Of a stretch of DNA of 64,000 nucleotides, positions 21,862 to 30,639 are shown piece by piece. Numbering within the stretch: position 1 is the stretch's first letter; every line of letters starts with the position of its first letter. This stretch comes from Candidatus Daviesbacteria bacterium (GTDB taxonomy: Bacteria; Patescibacteriota; Microgenomatia; Daviesbacterales; UBA10151): assembly GCA_028687915.1 (NCBI GenBank), contig JAQTZF010000001.1:866634-930633 (forward strand), in the 5' to 3' direction. The position numbers and the translations under genes are program-made. A model generated the notes under the pieces. The model saw nothing but the letters and a program-made list of their open reading frames with translations. It was not told the DNA's origin and ran no database searches.

Positions 21862-24084
21862 CTATATAATGGCTTTTTGTAACTCTTTAGCTTCTCCCAC
21901 CGGCTTTTTAGTATAATGCTCAGCATTTGCCAAAACATCCGGGGTTAAGACTGGAAGAGAAAAAGTAAAAGTAGCTCCTTTTCCATTACCTTCAGAAGTA
22001 GCCCAAATTTTACCATGCATAAGGTCAATCAAACTTTTTGATATAAACAATCCAAGTCCAGTTCCACCTGATGTAGCTGCAGCTGCATAAGAACTATCAA
22101 GCCTACCAAACTTTTGGAATAATTTAGGCAAATCTTCTCTGGAAATTCCTACCCCACTATCATGAATAGATGTTTCTACAACTTTACCGTCTGTAAAGAA
22201 TTTTACTGAGACTGTGCCATCAACAGGAGTAAATTTTAAAGCATTTCCTAAAAGATTTAATATAACTTGAGTCACTTTATCCGGATCAGCAAAAACAGAT
22301 GGAATTTGTCCTTTAACTACATCAACTTTAATATTCTTTTCACCTGCTTTTGGTAAGACCATAGAAATAATTTCATCCGATAATGTTTGAATATCAAATT
22401 CTTTTGGTTTAATTTCAATACTTCCGGATTCAATACGGGATACATTCAGCATGTCATTAACCAAATTAATTAACCTTTCTGTAGAAATATATGCCCGTGA
22501 TAAATACTTCTCCATTTTAAAAGTAAGCTGGGTATCAGGCCTCTTTAAAGCCATCCAAAGATAGGATCTAATTGCAGTCATCGGGGTTCTTAGTTCATGG
22601 GAAGCAATACTTACAAAGTCATTCTTTAATCTATCTAATTCTTTTAACCTTGAATTAGCTTTTTGCAAATCAATTGTTGCCTTTTTTACTTCTTCCTCCA
22701 AAGTAATATTAAATCTCTTTATTTTATCGTAAGACTGTGCATTTTGAATGGCAACAGAAAGTTCCGGTGATAAAATATCAAACACTTTTAAGTCCTGATC
22801 ACTATACATTTCACCAGAGGCTTTTTCACCTAATATTAAAAACCCAATAATATCATCATTAATATGTAAAACCTTTGCCAAAGAAACTCCTATACTTCTC
22901 ATTGATTCTTTTAACTCCCCTTCTTCCAAATCATCAAAAATAACTATCTTATGCATATCCAGAGAAAAAGTAAAACGGCAATTTAAAGCATCTAACTTAT
23001 CTTCAAATCCTTCAGAAATTACCTGATAAAGATCTCCCTCAGACTTTAAAATTAAAGCCCCTTTGGTAATTCTCATCTCCTTTAAAATTGCCTGCAAAGT
23101 TTGATTAACCAAAGGTCTTATTTCAATATTGGTACTCATAATATGAGATAGGAGCGAGAGTAATGTGTTTGCATCATAAGTAACCTTATAAAAGAATCTA
23201 TCAGTAATCTTTTCGATAGATTTTAAAAGAGGTTGAAAAGACAGAGCAATAATTAGTGTTAAAACTGTAGAGCTTGCTAAGTTACTTGCATTACCTTGTT
23301 GCTTTAAAACTACAACTCCCATTATCAACATTCCGATTACATAGAAAAAAGCCAAAATTAAAACGAGGATTACATAACTAACTGCTCTTGCTACAACAAG
23401 ACGGATGTCCATCAAACGATGCTTTGTAATAGCATAAAAAATCGATCCTTCCAAAATAACAAAAGAAAACATTCCCAAAGAAACAAATTTAGTATTTTTT
23501 AAAATAATCACCATAAAAACATTAAAAATACTAATAAAGATAAGTGTCATTACAAATCCGAGTGTCAAATATTTAAAACCCTCTCTTTCCCTACCACTAG
23601 TTGAAAAAAGTCTTTTAATTAGGACAAATGCAATGATAAAAACATGAATAATTTGGCTAATCAAAAACAAAACAATCAATGGACCAGGATCAGTTAGGAC
23701 CTCTCCATTAACATACTTTACTCCCACGAAAAGAAGGTCAAAAATAGATGCATAAACTAAAATCCCAACAAGACAAAAGTCTGCGAATAATAATATTTTG
23801 TTAAAACTGAATTTATCTTTTGGGAAAATTATTACAAAAAAAGCCATCAATGGTGTTACCATCGATGCAAAAACCATGGTAAATTTAACCCATAAAAAAA
23901 TATTCGCAGGCGACGTTGTTAGTCTTGAACCTAAACTTCCTAAAGCCGAAGCAGCAGATGTTAAGGTAATAAGCAAAAAGAGACGATTCGTAAGGGACTT
24001 AGAATTATTGAAGTAAACTAACAATCCAAGTACTGCAAGTGAACTGGGTATCACAAAAAATAAGAGCAGATCTAAAGTGGGCAT
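21862..24084 (-). CDS. Sensor histidine kinase with multi-TM N-terminal sensor region, HisKA and HATPase_c domains
   Basis: H-box 'SHELRTPM'. N/G1/G2 boxes 'NLLGNALKFT', 'DSGVGI', 'GGTGLGL'. About 7 predicted TM helices at the N-terminus. Confidence 0.85.
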   Translation of the reverse strand: MPTLDLLLFFVIPSSLAVLGLLVYFNNSKSLTNRLFLLITLTSAASALGSLGSRLTTSPANIFLWVKFTMVFASMVTPLMAFFVIIFPKDKFSFNKILLFADFCLVGILVYASIFDLLFVGVKYVNGEVLTDPGPLIVLFLISQIIHVFIIAFVLIKRLFSTSGREREGFKYLTLGFVMTLIFISIFNVFMVIILKNTKFVSLGMFSFVILEGSIFYAITKHRLMDIRLVVARAVSYVILVLILAFFYVIGMLIMGVVVLKQQGNASNLASSTVLTLIIALSFQPLLKSIEKITDRFFYKVTYDANTLLSLLSHIMSTNIEIRPLVNQTLQAILKEMRITKGALILKSEGDLYQVISEGFEDKLDALNCRFTFSLDMHKIVIFDDLEEGELKESMRSIGVSLAKVLHINDDIIGFLILGEKASGEMYSDQDLKVFDILSPELSVAIQNAQSYDKIKRFNITLEEEVKKATIDLQKANSRLKELDRLKNDFVSIASHELRTPMTAIRSYLWMALKRPDTQLTFKMEKYLSRAYISTERLINLVNDMLNVSRIESGSIEIKPKEFDIQTLSDEIISMVLPKAGEKNIKVDVVKGQIPSVFADPDKVTQVILNLLGNALKFTPVDGTVSVKFFTDGKVVETSIHDSGVGISREDLPKLFQKFGRLDSSYAAAATSGGTGLGLFISKSLIDLMHGKIWATSEGNGKGATFTFSLPVLTPDVLANAEHYTKKPVGEAKELQKAII

Positions 24085-24131
24085 ACATTTATTATAAACA
24101 TAAAGACTACTTGAATTATAGTTGTCTTCTA

Positions 24132-25625
24132 CTATACCCTACTTTTCCCAGAAACGGCCACAAATTTCCCTGGATCATATTTTTTAAATACAAGTCGAGG
24201 TTCTGATTTTATCCCGACGCTACTTAAAACGTTTGCATATTCAGAATTAATGCTTCGTAAATTATCCACGATAATTGCTTTGATCTCCCTTTTATGATTA
24301 TCTGTTATCCTAATACCCTCTCTTAGCTCTAATGCAATACTAAGATAAACATCTGCATCATTTGTTTCTAATTTTTCTGCTATAAATCTACCAGTTAAAT
24401 ATTTTTCTAATTCAGGACGCTCCATTACAAAAGTTAATTGTTCGGGATAAATGTTTGCACCAAATAAGATAATTGTTTTATCAATCCTACCATTTACTGC
24501 TAAAACTGGTAAATTAGGTATACTAAAGTGTTTATCCACTAATAAGTATTTATCCTTTGTACCTTCTGGCAAGACGGATAATAGTTGCTCTGGTGTAAAA
24601 ATTTGTCCATGATCTTTAGTATCATATCGAATGATTGGGATATTACCCATAGCAGTTATAATTATGTTATTATTAACCACTTCAATGTACCTTGATGGAG
24701 GAATATATTGTAATAACGAAGGTAGATCTATCCGACCGAATGTTTTTTGTGCCAAAACTTGATCTTCATGAAAAAGTATCCTTAGATAATCAATAAAAGG
24801 AGTTGAAATTGCTGCTACTCCAACTTCCGACATACCTAAAACAGCCGCGACAGACCGATGAGGTTCAGCTAACCCAAGGTGCTTAATCATAAATTGACGC
24901 CAATTTTCACTATACTTTTCTCCCCCGGAAAGTATTTTTATTTTATATGATTTGAATTTTATACCCCTTCTTACTCCTTCTTGAACTAAATCTCTTAAGG
25001 ATGATGAATAACCTCCAATTATTATTTGATCGAATTGATCCGCCAATCCTTGGAAAATATTAAAAAATAATTCAGAATTTGTTCCAGGTGATATTATAGA
25101 AATCTTCAAACCTTTTTCAGACATCATTTTTGTTGCTGAATGAACCATTTCACCTGCAGTCCAAGGTCCCATACCATAACAATTAATAAATAAAGTACTT
25201 ATTTCTCCTAAATCAAAATATATCTTATATAACAACTCCATCCCTTTATAACTAGCTAAATCTTGTATCTTTGTTTTAGGCCAAAATGATGATTTTCCTG
25301 TGGAGCCAGAACTATAATGAATAACCGTTGAGTTACCCAAATCACCTCCGACAACTAAGTCGCCTAAAGAATACTTTTTAAAATAATTTTCTTTATTTGT
25401 TGTGGGGATTTTCTTAAAGTCCTCAATTGTATTTATTGTTTCTGGCTTAATGAAATTTTTTTTCAGAAAATCTTTGTATGCTGGAACTGTTTTTGCAGCG
25501 GTTTGAAAATTCTCTAATGCTTTTTGTTCACCAATTTTTTGCCAAACTTCAGTTGGAGTTTTGACAAAACCTTCTAGATCAGAGCTACTTTCATATTTAA
25601 AATACTCAGAAAAGATATCATCCAT
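24132..25625 (-). CDS. Acyl-adenylate-forming ligase, phenylacetate-CoA ligase / coenzyme F390 synthetase-like family
   Basis: ANL-superfamily A3-like motif 'SSGSTGK' and 'GMSE' (YGxTE-like) motif. Length 497 aa. Confidence 0.6.
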   Translation of the reverse strand: MDDIFSEYFKYESSSDLEGFVKTPTEVWQKIGEQKALENFQTAAKTVPAYKDFLKKNFIKPETINTIEDFKKIPTTNKENYFKKYSLGDLVVGGDLGNSTVIHYSSGSTGKSSFWPKTKIQDLASYKGMELLYKIYFDLGEISTLFINCYGMGPWTAGEMVHSATKMMSEKGLKISIISPGTNSELFFNIFQGLADQFDQIIIGGYSSSLRDLVQEGVRRGIKFKSYKIKILSGGEKYSENWRQFMIKHLGLAEPHRSVAAVLGMSEVGVAAISTPFIDYLRILFHEDQVLAQKTFGRIDLPSLLQYIPPSRYIEVVNNNIIITAMGNIPIIRYDTKDHGQIFTPEQLLSVLPEGTKDKYLLVDKHFSIPNLPVLAVNGRIDKTIILFGANIYPEQLTFVMERPELEKYLTGRFIAEKLETNDADVYLSIALELREGIRITDNHKREIKAIIVDNLRSINSEYANVLSSVGIKSEPRLVFKKYDPGKFVAVSGKSRV

Positions 25626-25628
25626 AAT

Positions 25629-26807
25629 TTACTTTAACAGATGAGTATCTAAATTTAATATAGCAGAGCCTAAATTAATTTTTTCTCCTATTGCTATCTT
25701 TTTAATAATATAAGATATTACTGTTCCTGATAAAAAAGCAGTGCTTCCTAATTGTGGAGGTCCTGCTAATTCTCTTCCTATTAAAGGTACTGATTCCCGT
25801 AATCTTTTAGGAGCTAAACTTCCTCCATTCATTTTCATAAATATCCGAGCCATATCATTAAATCCAAATTCTGGCGATCTTAATCTATCGAAATCTTCTT
25901 CATCTAACTTTCCGTTAAAGAAAGCCTGTTTATCATCAAGATCATACCTTTCGACATCTAAACCTATAGCATCAGCCATATCAGCAGCCATAACAACAGG
26001 GATTTTTCTTCTTTTAGCTTCCTCGCGGATCTTAACTTTCATGGGGAAGTTATCGATTTCATCGACTACCGCATCAAGGTCAGAGAAGAAGCTATCCATG
26101 TTAGTTTCTGTAAGCCCATCAACAAATAGCTTTAAATTAGCATACGGATTAACTTCATATATCATCTGGGCCAAATATATTGCTTTATTAATACCCACTG
26201 CATCAAAAGACGCTCTTATTCTATTGGTATTAGTGGCGGATATGACATCAAAATCTGCAAGATGCATAACCTCACATCCTCCGTTTACAGCAATTGTATA
26301 TGCAGCACTTTGACCAATACTAAGTCCTGCAATTCCAACTTTAAATTGTCTAAATTTTTCTTGTTCTTCATGAGTTACCAAACCCTTATTCCTTGCAGTT
26401 CTCAGTTCTTCATGAAGATTTTTAGATAAAAAATGAACTAGCTTATATTTCCAAGGAAAGTAAACCCAGGTCCCAGTTTGAACCAGCGGCTTATCATTAA
26501 ATAAACTTTTCACAAAATCGTTATATGCAGGAATTTCCTTTACCGACTTATATTGAAATTTATGAGAAGCATTTCTACAAAAATATAATTCTTCCAGCAT
26601 ATCTTCATATTCATCTATTACTTCTGTAATATTTAGCTGGAATGCTTGTTTGGTTAGTTGTTGTATTTCCTCTTCTTTTTCCATATCAAAAATCCGAGGA
26701 AGAGGGAGATCTCTTAAAAGCTCTTTTCGTTTGGAACTTTTATTTTTTAAAAATTCGTCTAGTGGTAGATTTTTCATTATTATTACTGTTTTAGACTCAT
26801 CAATCAT
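25629..26807 (-). CDS. ThiF/MoeB/E1-like adenylyltransferase-fold protein with ~150-aa N-terminal extension
   Basis: Nucleotide-binding 'VGIAGLSIGQ' (GxGxxG-like) and 'DFDVISATNTNR' matching the ThiF D-x-D-x-V-E-x-S-N-L-N-R-Q signature. No C-terminal CxxC pair seen. Confidence 0.6.
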   Translation of the reverse strand: MIDESKTVIIMKNLPLDEFLKNKSSKRKELLRDLPLPRIFDMEKEEEIQQLTKQAFQLNITEVIDEYEDMLEELYFCRNASHKFQYKSVKEIPAYNDFVKSLFNDKPLVQTGTWVYFPWKYKLVHFLSKNLHEELRTARNKGLVTHEEQEKFRQFKVGIAGLSIGQSAAYTIAVNGGCEVMHLADFDVISATNTNRIRASFDAVGINKAIYLAQMIYEVNPYANLKLFVDGLTETNMDSFFSDLDAVVDEIDNFPMKVKIREEAKRRKIPVVMAADMADAIGLDVERYDLDDKQAFFNGKLDEEDFDRLRSPEFGFNDMARIFMKMNGGSLAPKRLRESVPLIGRELAGPPQLGSTAFLSGTVISYIIKKIAIGEKINLGSAILNLDTHLLK

Positions 26808-26889
26808 CTTAGCAATACAATTAATTAGTGTAAATAGATACTTTTCGGAGGGTATAGCTATCAGAGAACTGATTAGTTAAAATTAATGG

Positions 26890-27339
26890 ATGAATAATGA
26901 CAAAACAAGAACTGATGGTTTTGAGTGTATTAACTGTCATAAGATGGTTAGAGACAAAGCACCCGGAACAGTAAATAGAAACCATTGTCCTTTTTGCTTA
27001 ACATCAAAGCATGTTGATCTTAATATTGCCGGAGATAGAAAAGCTACCTGTAAACAGGTGATGCAGCCAATTGGACTCACCTTTAAAGAAGCAGGACTAG
27101 ATAAATGGGGTAAACAAAAACAAGGAGAACTGATGGTAGCACACCAATGCCTGGGCTGCACAAAGATTTCCATAAATAGAGTTGCAGGAGATGATGATCC
27201 TAAAAAGATATTGGAAATTTTAGAAAGTTCAAAAGATTTAGATGAAGACTTAAAAAAGCTATTAATGCACTCTGGTATTAAATTACTTACCGATGCAGAT
27301 CTACCTGAAATTAAAACTCAATTATTCGGTAAAGAATAG
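26890..27339 (+). CDS. RNHCP-domain zinc-ribbon protein
   Basis: Literal 'RNHCPFC' motif plus CINCH...C and CLGC pairs. Start reading MNNDKT. Confidence 0.6.
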   Translation: MNNDKTRTDGFECINCHKMVRDKAPGTVNRNHCPFCLTSKHVDLNIAGDRKATCKQVMQPIGLTFKEAGLDKWGKQKQGELMVAHQCLGCTKISINRVAGDDDPKKILEILESSKDLDEDLKKLLMHSGIKLLTDADLPEIKTQLFGKE

Positions 27340-27352
27340 TATATAATAAATA

Positions 27353-27958
27353 ATGAAGCAATTTGGAAAATTGATTATTATTACCGGAGCCACAGTTTCC
27401 GGCAAAGATACAGTAGTTGCTGCTCTTCTAAAAGCCCACCCTTCCTGGAAAAAAGTTGTTACTACCACTACCAGACCTATCAGACCTGGGGAAATAGATG
27501 GTGAAGATTATTATTTTATAAGTGTAGAGGCTTTTCAGGAAATAAAAGAAAAAAATGAATTTCTTGAAACAGTAGAATATGCAGGTAATAACTACGGTAC
27601 AACCAAATCAACCCTTGATCCTGTTTTTCAAGGTCATAATCTAATTTGGAGAATTGATGCCTCCCGCTCTTCTGAAATAAATAAATTATTTGATCATTGT
27701 TTTGATAAAGAAACAGCTCAAAATATTAAAGCTAATACTAAGGTGATTTATCTTAAATTACCAGATGATGCTACCAGACAAAAACATTTCTTAAAAAGAG
27801 GTATGGAAAAATCTGATATAGCAAAAAGAATTAAACAAGACGAAATAGATTGGGACTTAGGAAAGTTTGAAAATATAGTTATAAATTATGATGGACAATT
27901 AAATAAAACAATCGAAGAAGTGGAAAGAATAATTAATTATTCGTGTTCAACAATATAG
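27353..27958 (+). CDS. gmk: Guanylate kinase-like protein (atypical P-loop)
   Basis: 'TTTTRPIRPGEIDGEDYYFIS...YGT' matches the Gmk signature T-T-R-x-x-R-x-G-E-x-D-G-x-D-Y-x-F. The P-loop reads GATVSGKD (Asp instead of Ser/Thr after Lys). Confidence 0.6.
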   Translation: MKQFGKLIIITGATVSGKDTVVAALLKAHPSWKKVVTTTTRPIRPGEIDGEDYYFISVEAFQEIKEKNEFLETVEYAGNNYGTTKSTLDPVFQGHNLIWRIDASRSSEINKLFDHCFDKETAQNIKANTKVIYLKLPDDATRQKHFLKRGMEKSDIAKRIKQDEIDWDLGKFENIVINYDGQLNKTIEEVERIINYSCSTI

Positions 27959-28314
27959 TTTTTAATTTCCATCAGGAATTGATCCGGAGTAAGTTCTGGT
28001 TTATGTAAAAAGCCGGCAGCTCCCAAGGAAATAGCTTCATTAATAACCTGCATTTGATCCAAGGCAGAAAGCATTACAATAGGACCATTTTTTGGAGGAG
28101 GGTTTAATGCTTTAAGCCTTCGTAATACCTCTAAACCATCAATCTTTGGCATCATAATATCAAGGACAACTAAATCATATCCTCCGGCAGTTATTTTTGC
28201 TAAAGCTGATTCACCATCAACAGCAGTTTCTACCTGATAACCTGCACCAATAAGAAGCTCCTCATAAAGGTTGCGTAGTTCTGCATCATCATCAACTAAT
28301 AATACTCTCGTCAT
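27937..28314 (-). CDS. Standalone CheY-like response regulator receiver
   Basis: MTRVLLVDDD...DLVVLDIMMPKIDG...LSA...K; 125 aa with no output domain. TGA stop. Confidence 0.85.
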   Translation of the reverse strand: MTRVLLVDDDAELRNLYEELLIGAGYQVETAVDGESALAKITAGGYDLVVLDIMMPKIDGLEVLRRLKALNPPPKNGPIVMLSALDQMQVINEAISLGAAGFLHKPELTPDQFLMEIKNYIVEHE

Positions 28315-28321
28315 TTGTATA

Positions 28322-28687
28322 TTATGATACTTTTTTCTTTTTTGAGCAAGTCAGACAAAGTGTTGCTGTTGGTAAAGCCTCTAGCCTGTTTATTTCTATT
28401 TCCTGACCACATTTTTCACACTTTCCATAAGTACCCTTTTTCATATTAGTTAAAGCATTTGAAATACGGGCGGAAAAATTTAATAAATCTCCTTTTAGAG
28501 AACTTAATCTTGCATGAACTTCTGCCATCCAGGAATCTGTACCAGATTCAGATGCTTCAGGTGCTAAATCTTTATTCATAAGTGGATCATCTTGATCTAT
28601 TTCAGCTATCTGTTTTTCCACAGATGCCTTCTTCTTTTGTAAGACTTTTTTAATTTTAATGATAGTTTCTTGGGGTAGATTTGACAT
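28322..28687 (-). CDS. DksA/TraR-family C4 zinc-finger protein
   Basis: C-terminal CxxC-x17-CxxC (CEKCGQEI...CLTCSKKKK) plus a coiled-coil N-terminus. Confidence 0.65.
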   Translation of the reverse strand: MSNLPQETIIKIKKVLQKKKASVEKQIAEIDQDDPLMNKDLAPEASESGTDSWMAEVHARLSSLKGDLLNFSARISNALTNMKKGTYGKCEKCGQEIEINRLEALPTATLCLTCSKKKKVS

Positions 28688-29573
28688 TTAATTTCCTCTT
28701 AATTTTATTTGGAAGCAGCAGTAAGCTGGTTCTTGTTTTACCCAACTTAATCTTCCATTGTATTTTTGAATTATAACAATGTTTTATAAATCTTTGTAGT
28801 AGCAAATTACGCTTTTTACTGGTACTAAATGAATCTATTATAGAAAATATATCATCTGTTGGCGCTCTTTTTGCCCTTAAATAAAAGATAACAAATCCTA
28901 TTATAAAAAGAGCCAAAGGAGCTAACTGTCCCTGCCAATCCCCTTCTCGAAAATAATCAGCAAAAAACCTTTCAGCACCTAAAAGCATAAAGGCAATAGC
29001 CATAATTTTACCATTAAAGTGAAACCTTGTAGCTGACTTCCATAACCAGAAAAAGAACATTAAATAGATTAGAGCTTCAAAAAAAGGAACAGGCAGTCTT
29101 TTGCCAATTAACCCTACTACTGAAACTGCAATTGGCAAAGAAGAAGTAACTCCGTAGCCGCAACCTCCTAAAGTACAGCCAATACTGCCAAAAACCAATC
29201 CCATCATTAAGCCAACTGTAGCAAGATCAGCAATTTGCCAAAAATTTAGCTTTGCTCTTGCAGCTAGTAATTTAAGAGTTAATGCTCCCCCTATCAAGCC
29301 ACCCCATAAAGATAAGCCTGGATAAAGATTAATTAAAAAAACATAAGAAATATTATTAAAATAATTTAAGTTAAATAATACAAAATATATTCTGGCAAAA
29401 ATTAAGCCGCCAAAAAAAGTTAACAAACCTAAATCTAAGATCTTAGCTTGATCTATATCATATGCCTTAGCAATTCTCCAGGAAACAAACATGGCTGCTA
29501 AAAAGCCTAAACCTAAAAATAATCCAAATGAGGATACAGGTACAGGACCAATACTGAACAATATAGGTAACAT
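28656..29573 (-). CDS. lgt: Prolipoprotein diacylglyceryl transferase-like membrane protein (start trimmed to the internal Met)
   Basis: Polytopic membrane protein with an Lgt-like N-terminus 'MLPILFSIGPVPVSSFGLFLGLGFLAAMFVSWRIA'. The track ORF extends to 29789, but the upstream part looks non-coding. ATG at 29571..29573. Confidence 0.5.
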   Translation of the reverse strand: MLPILFSIGPVPVSSFGLFLGLGFLAAMFVSWRIAKAYDIDQAKILDLGLLTFFGGLIFARIYFVLFNLNYFNNISYVFLINLYPGLSLWGGLIGGALTLKLLAARAKLNFWQIADLATVGLMMGLVFGSIGCTLGGCGYGVTSSLPIAVSVVGLIGKRLPVPFFEALIYLMFFFWLWKSATRFHFNGKIMAIAFMLLGAERFFADYFREGDWQGQLAPLALFIIGFVIFYLRAKRAPTDDIFSIIDSFSTSKKRNLLLQRFIKHCYNSKIQWKIKLGKTRTSLLLLPNKIKRKLNVKSTPRNYH

Positions 29574-29637
29574 TATTAGAATGATACCAAATTTTGACTT
29601 ATTCTTCTCCCCCTTGTTATACTGATTAATAGATTTT

Positions 29638-30078
29638 ATGACTGCAACCGCACACGCATTAATTGGAGGAGCTGTTGCCTCAACAATTTCAAATCCTGAA
29701 CTTGGTTTAAGCCTTGCTTTTATTTCACACCCATTATTAGATTTAATTCCCCATTGGGATTTTGCTAATAACTGGAGAGCAAAAGACAAATTTATCTTAT
29801 TTATAGAAGCCTCAGCTGATCTAACTTTTGGTGTGTTGTTATCATATATATTATTTGGCCAAAACGTGAACCTATGGTATTTTTTTGGTTGTATTTTTGT
29901 AAGTGAAGTTTGGGATATTATAGAGGCACCTTATTGGTTTCTTAACTGGAAATTCCCCCCAATATCATGGATTTATAATGTTCAATCAAAGATGCAAGGA
30001 AAGGCTGCACTACCCTGGGGAATTATCACTCAAATACTTACAGTTGCATTAGCCACACTAATTTTACAGAAAATATAA
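29638..30078 (+). CDS. Hypothetical small membrane protein
   Basis: ORF track; hydrophobic segments; no overlap with the trimmed lgt. Uncertain. Confidence 0.35.
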   Translation: MTATAHALIGGAVASTISNPELGLSLAFISHPLLDLIPHWDFANNWRAKDKFILFIEASADLTFGVLLSYILFGQNVNLWYFFGCIFVSEVWDIIEAPYWFLNWKFPPISWIYNVQSKMQGKAALPWGIITQILTVALATLILQKI

Positions 30079-30639
30079 TTACTTTACTCTCTCGATATAC
30101 TGACCGTTTCTGGTATCAACCTTTACCCTATCTCCAACTTTCATAAACATAGGTACTTTTACCTGTAAACCATTATCCAATGTGGCATCTTTATATACAT
30201 TTGAAACTGTATTTCCTTTTTCACCGGGGCCTGTATCTGTAATTTCATAAATTAAAGTATTGGGAATCTCTAATCCTAAAGCAGTTTCATCAGCCACAAT
30301 CAAAATAACATCCATACCATCTTTTAAGAATTTTGCCTGTTCTGATACTGTTTCTTTTGGTACTGAAAATTGTTCAAAACTTTCAGGATCCATAAAGTTA
30401 TAGATTTCTCCATCAGAATATAAAAACTGAGCTTTTTTCTTTTCTACTCCAGCTTCTTCTACTCTTGCTCCGGTAATAAATGATTTTTCAGAAGATGCCC
30501 CGGTTTTTAAATTGCGGATTTTAACTTTAATGTTTCCAGACCCTCTACCCATTTTAATGTGCTCATAATTAACCACCTGCCAAAGCTGGTTATCTTCTTT
30601 ATATACAACACCATTTCTTAAATCGTTAACGTTTATCAT
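30079..30639 (-). CDS. efp: Elongation factor P
   Basis: 'MINVNDLRNGVVYKEDNQLWQVV..KMGRGSGNIKVKIRNLKTG' is the canonical EF-P N-terminal KOW domain. 186 aa. Confidence 0.9.
   Translation of the reverse strand: MINVNDLRNGVVYKEDNQLWQVVNYEHIKMGRGSGNIKVKIRNLKTGASSEKSFITGARVEEAGVEKKKAQFLYSDGEIYNFMDPESFEQFSVPKETVSEQAKFLKDGMDVILIVADETALGLEIPNTLIYEITDTGPGEKGNTVSNVYKDATLDNGLQVKVPMFMKVGDRVKVDTRNGQYIERVK

Noticed and set aside
25741-26313. 190-aa plus-strand ORF inside the E1-like gene (similarly 39735..40292 inside the EamA gene, 43200..43466 inside pyrH, 52511..52696 and 54998..55195)
   Set aside because: Antisense or nested in genes with strong motif support; no RBS or motif.
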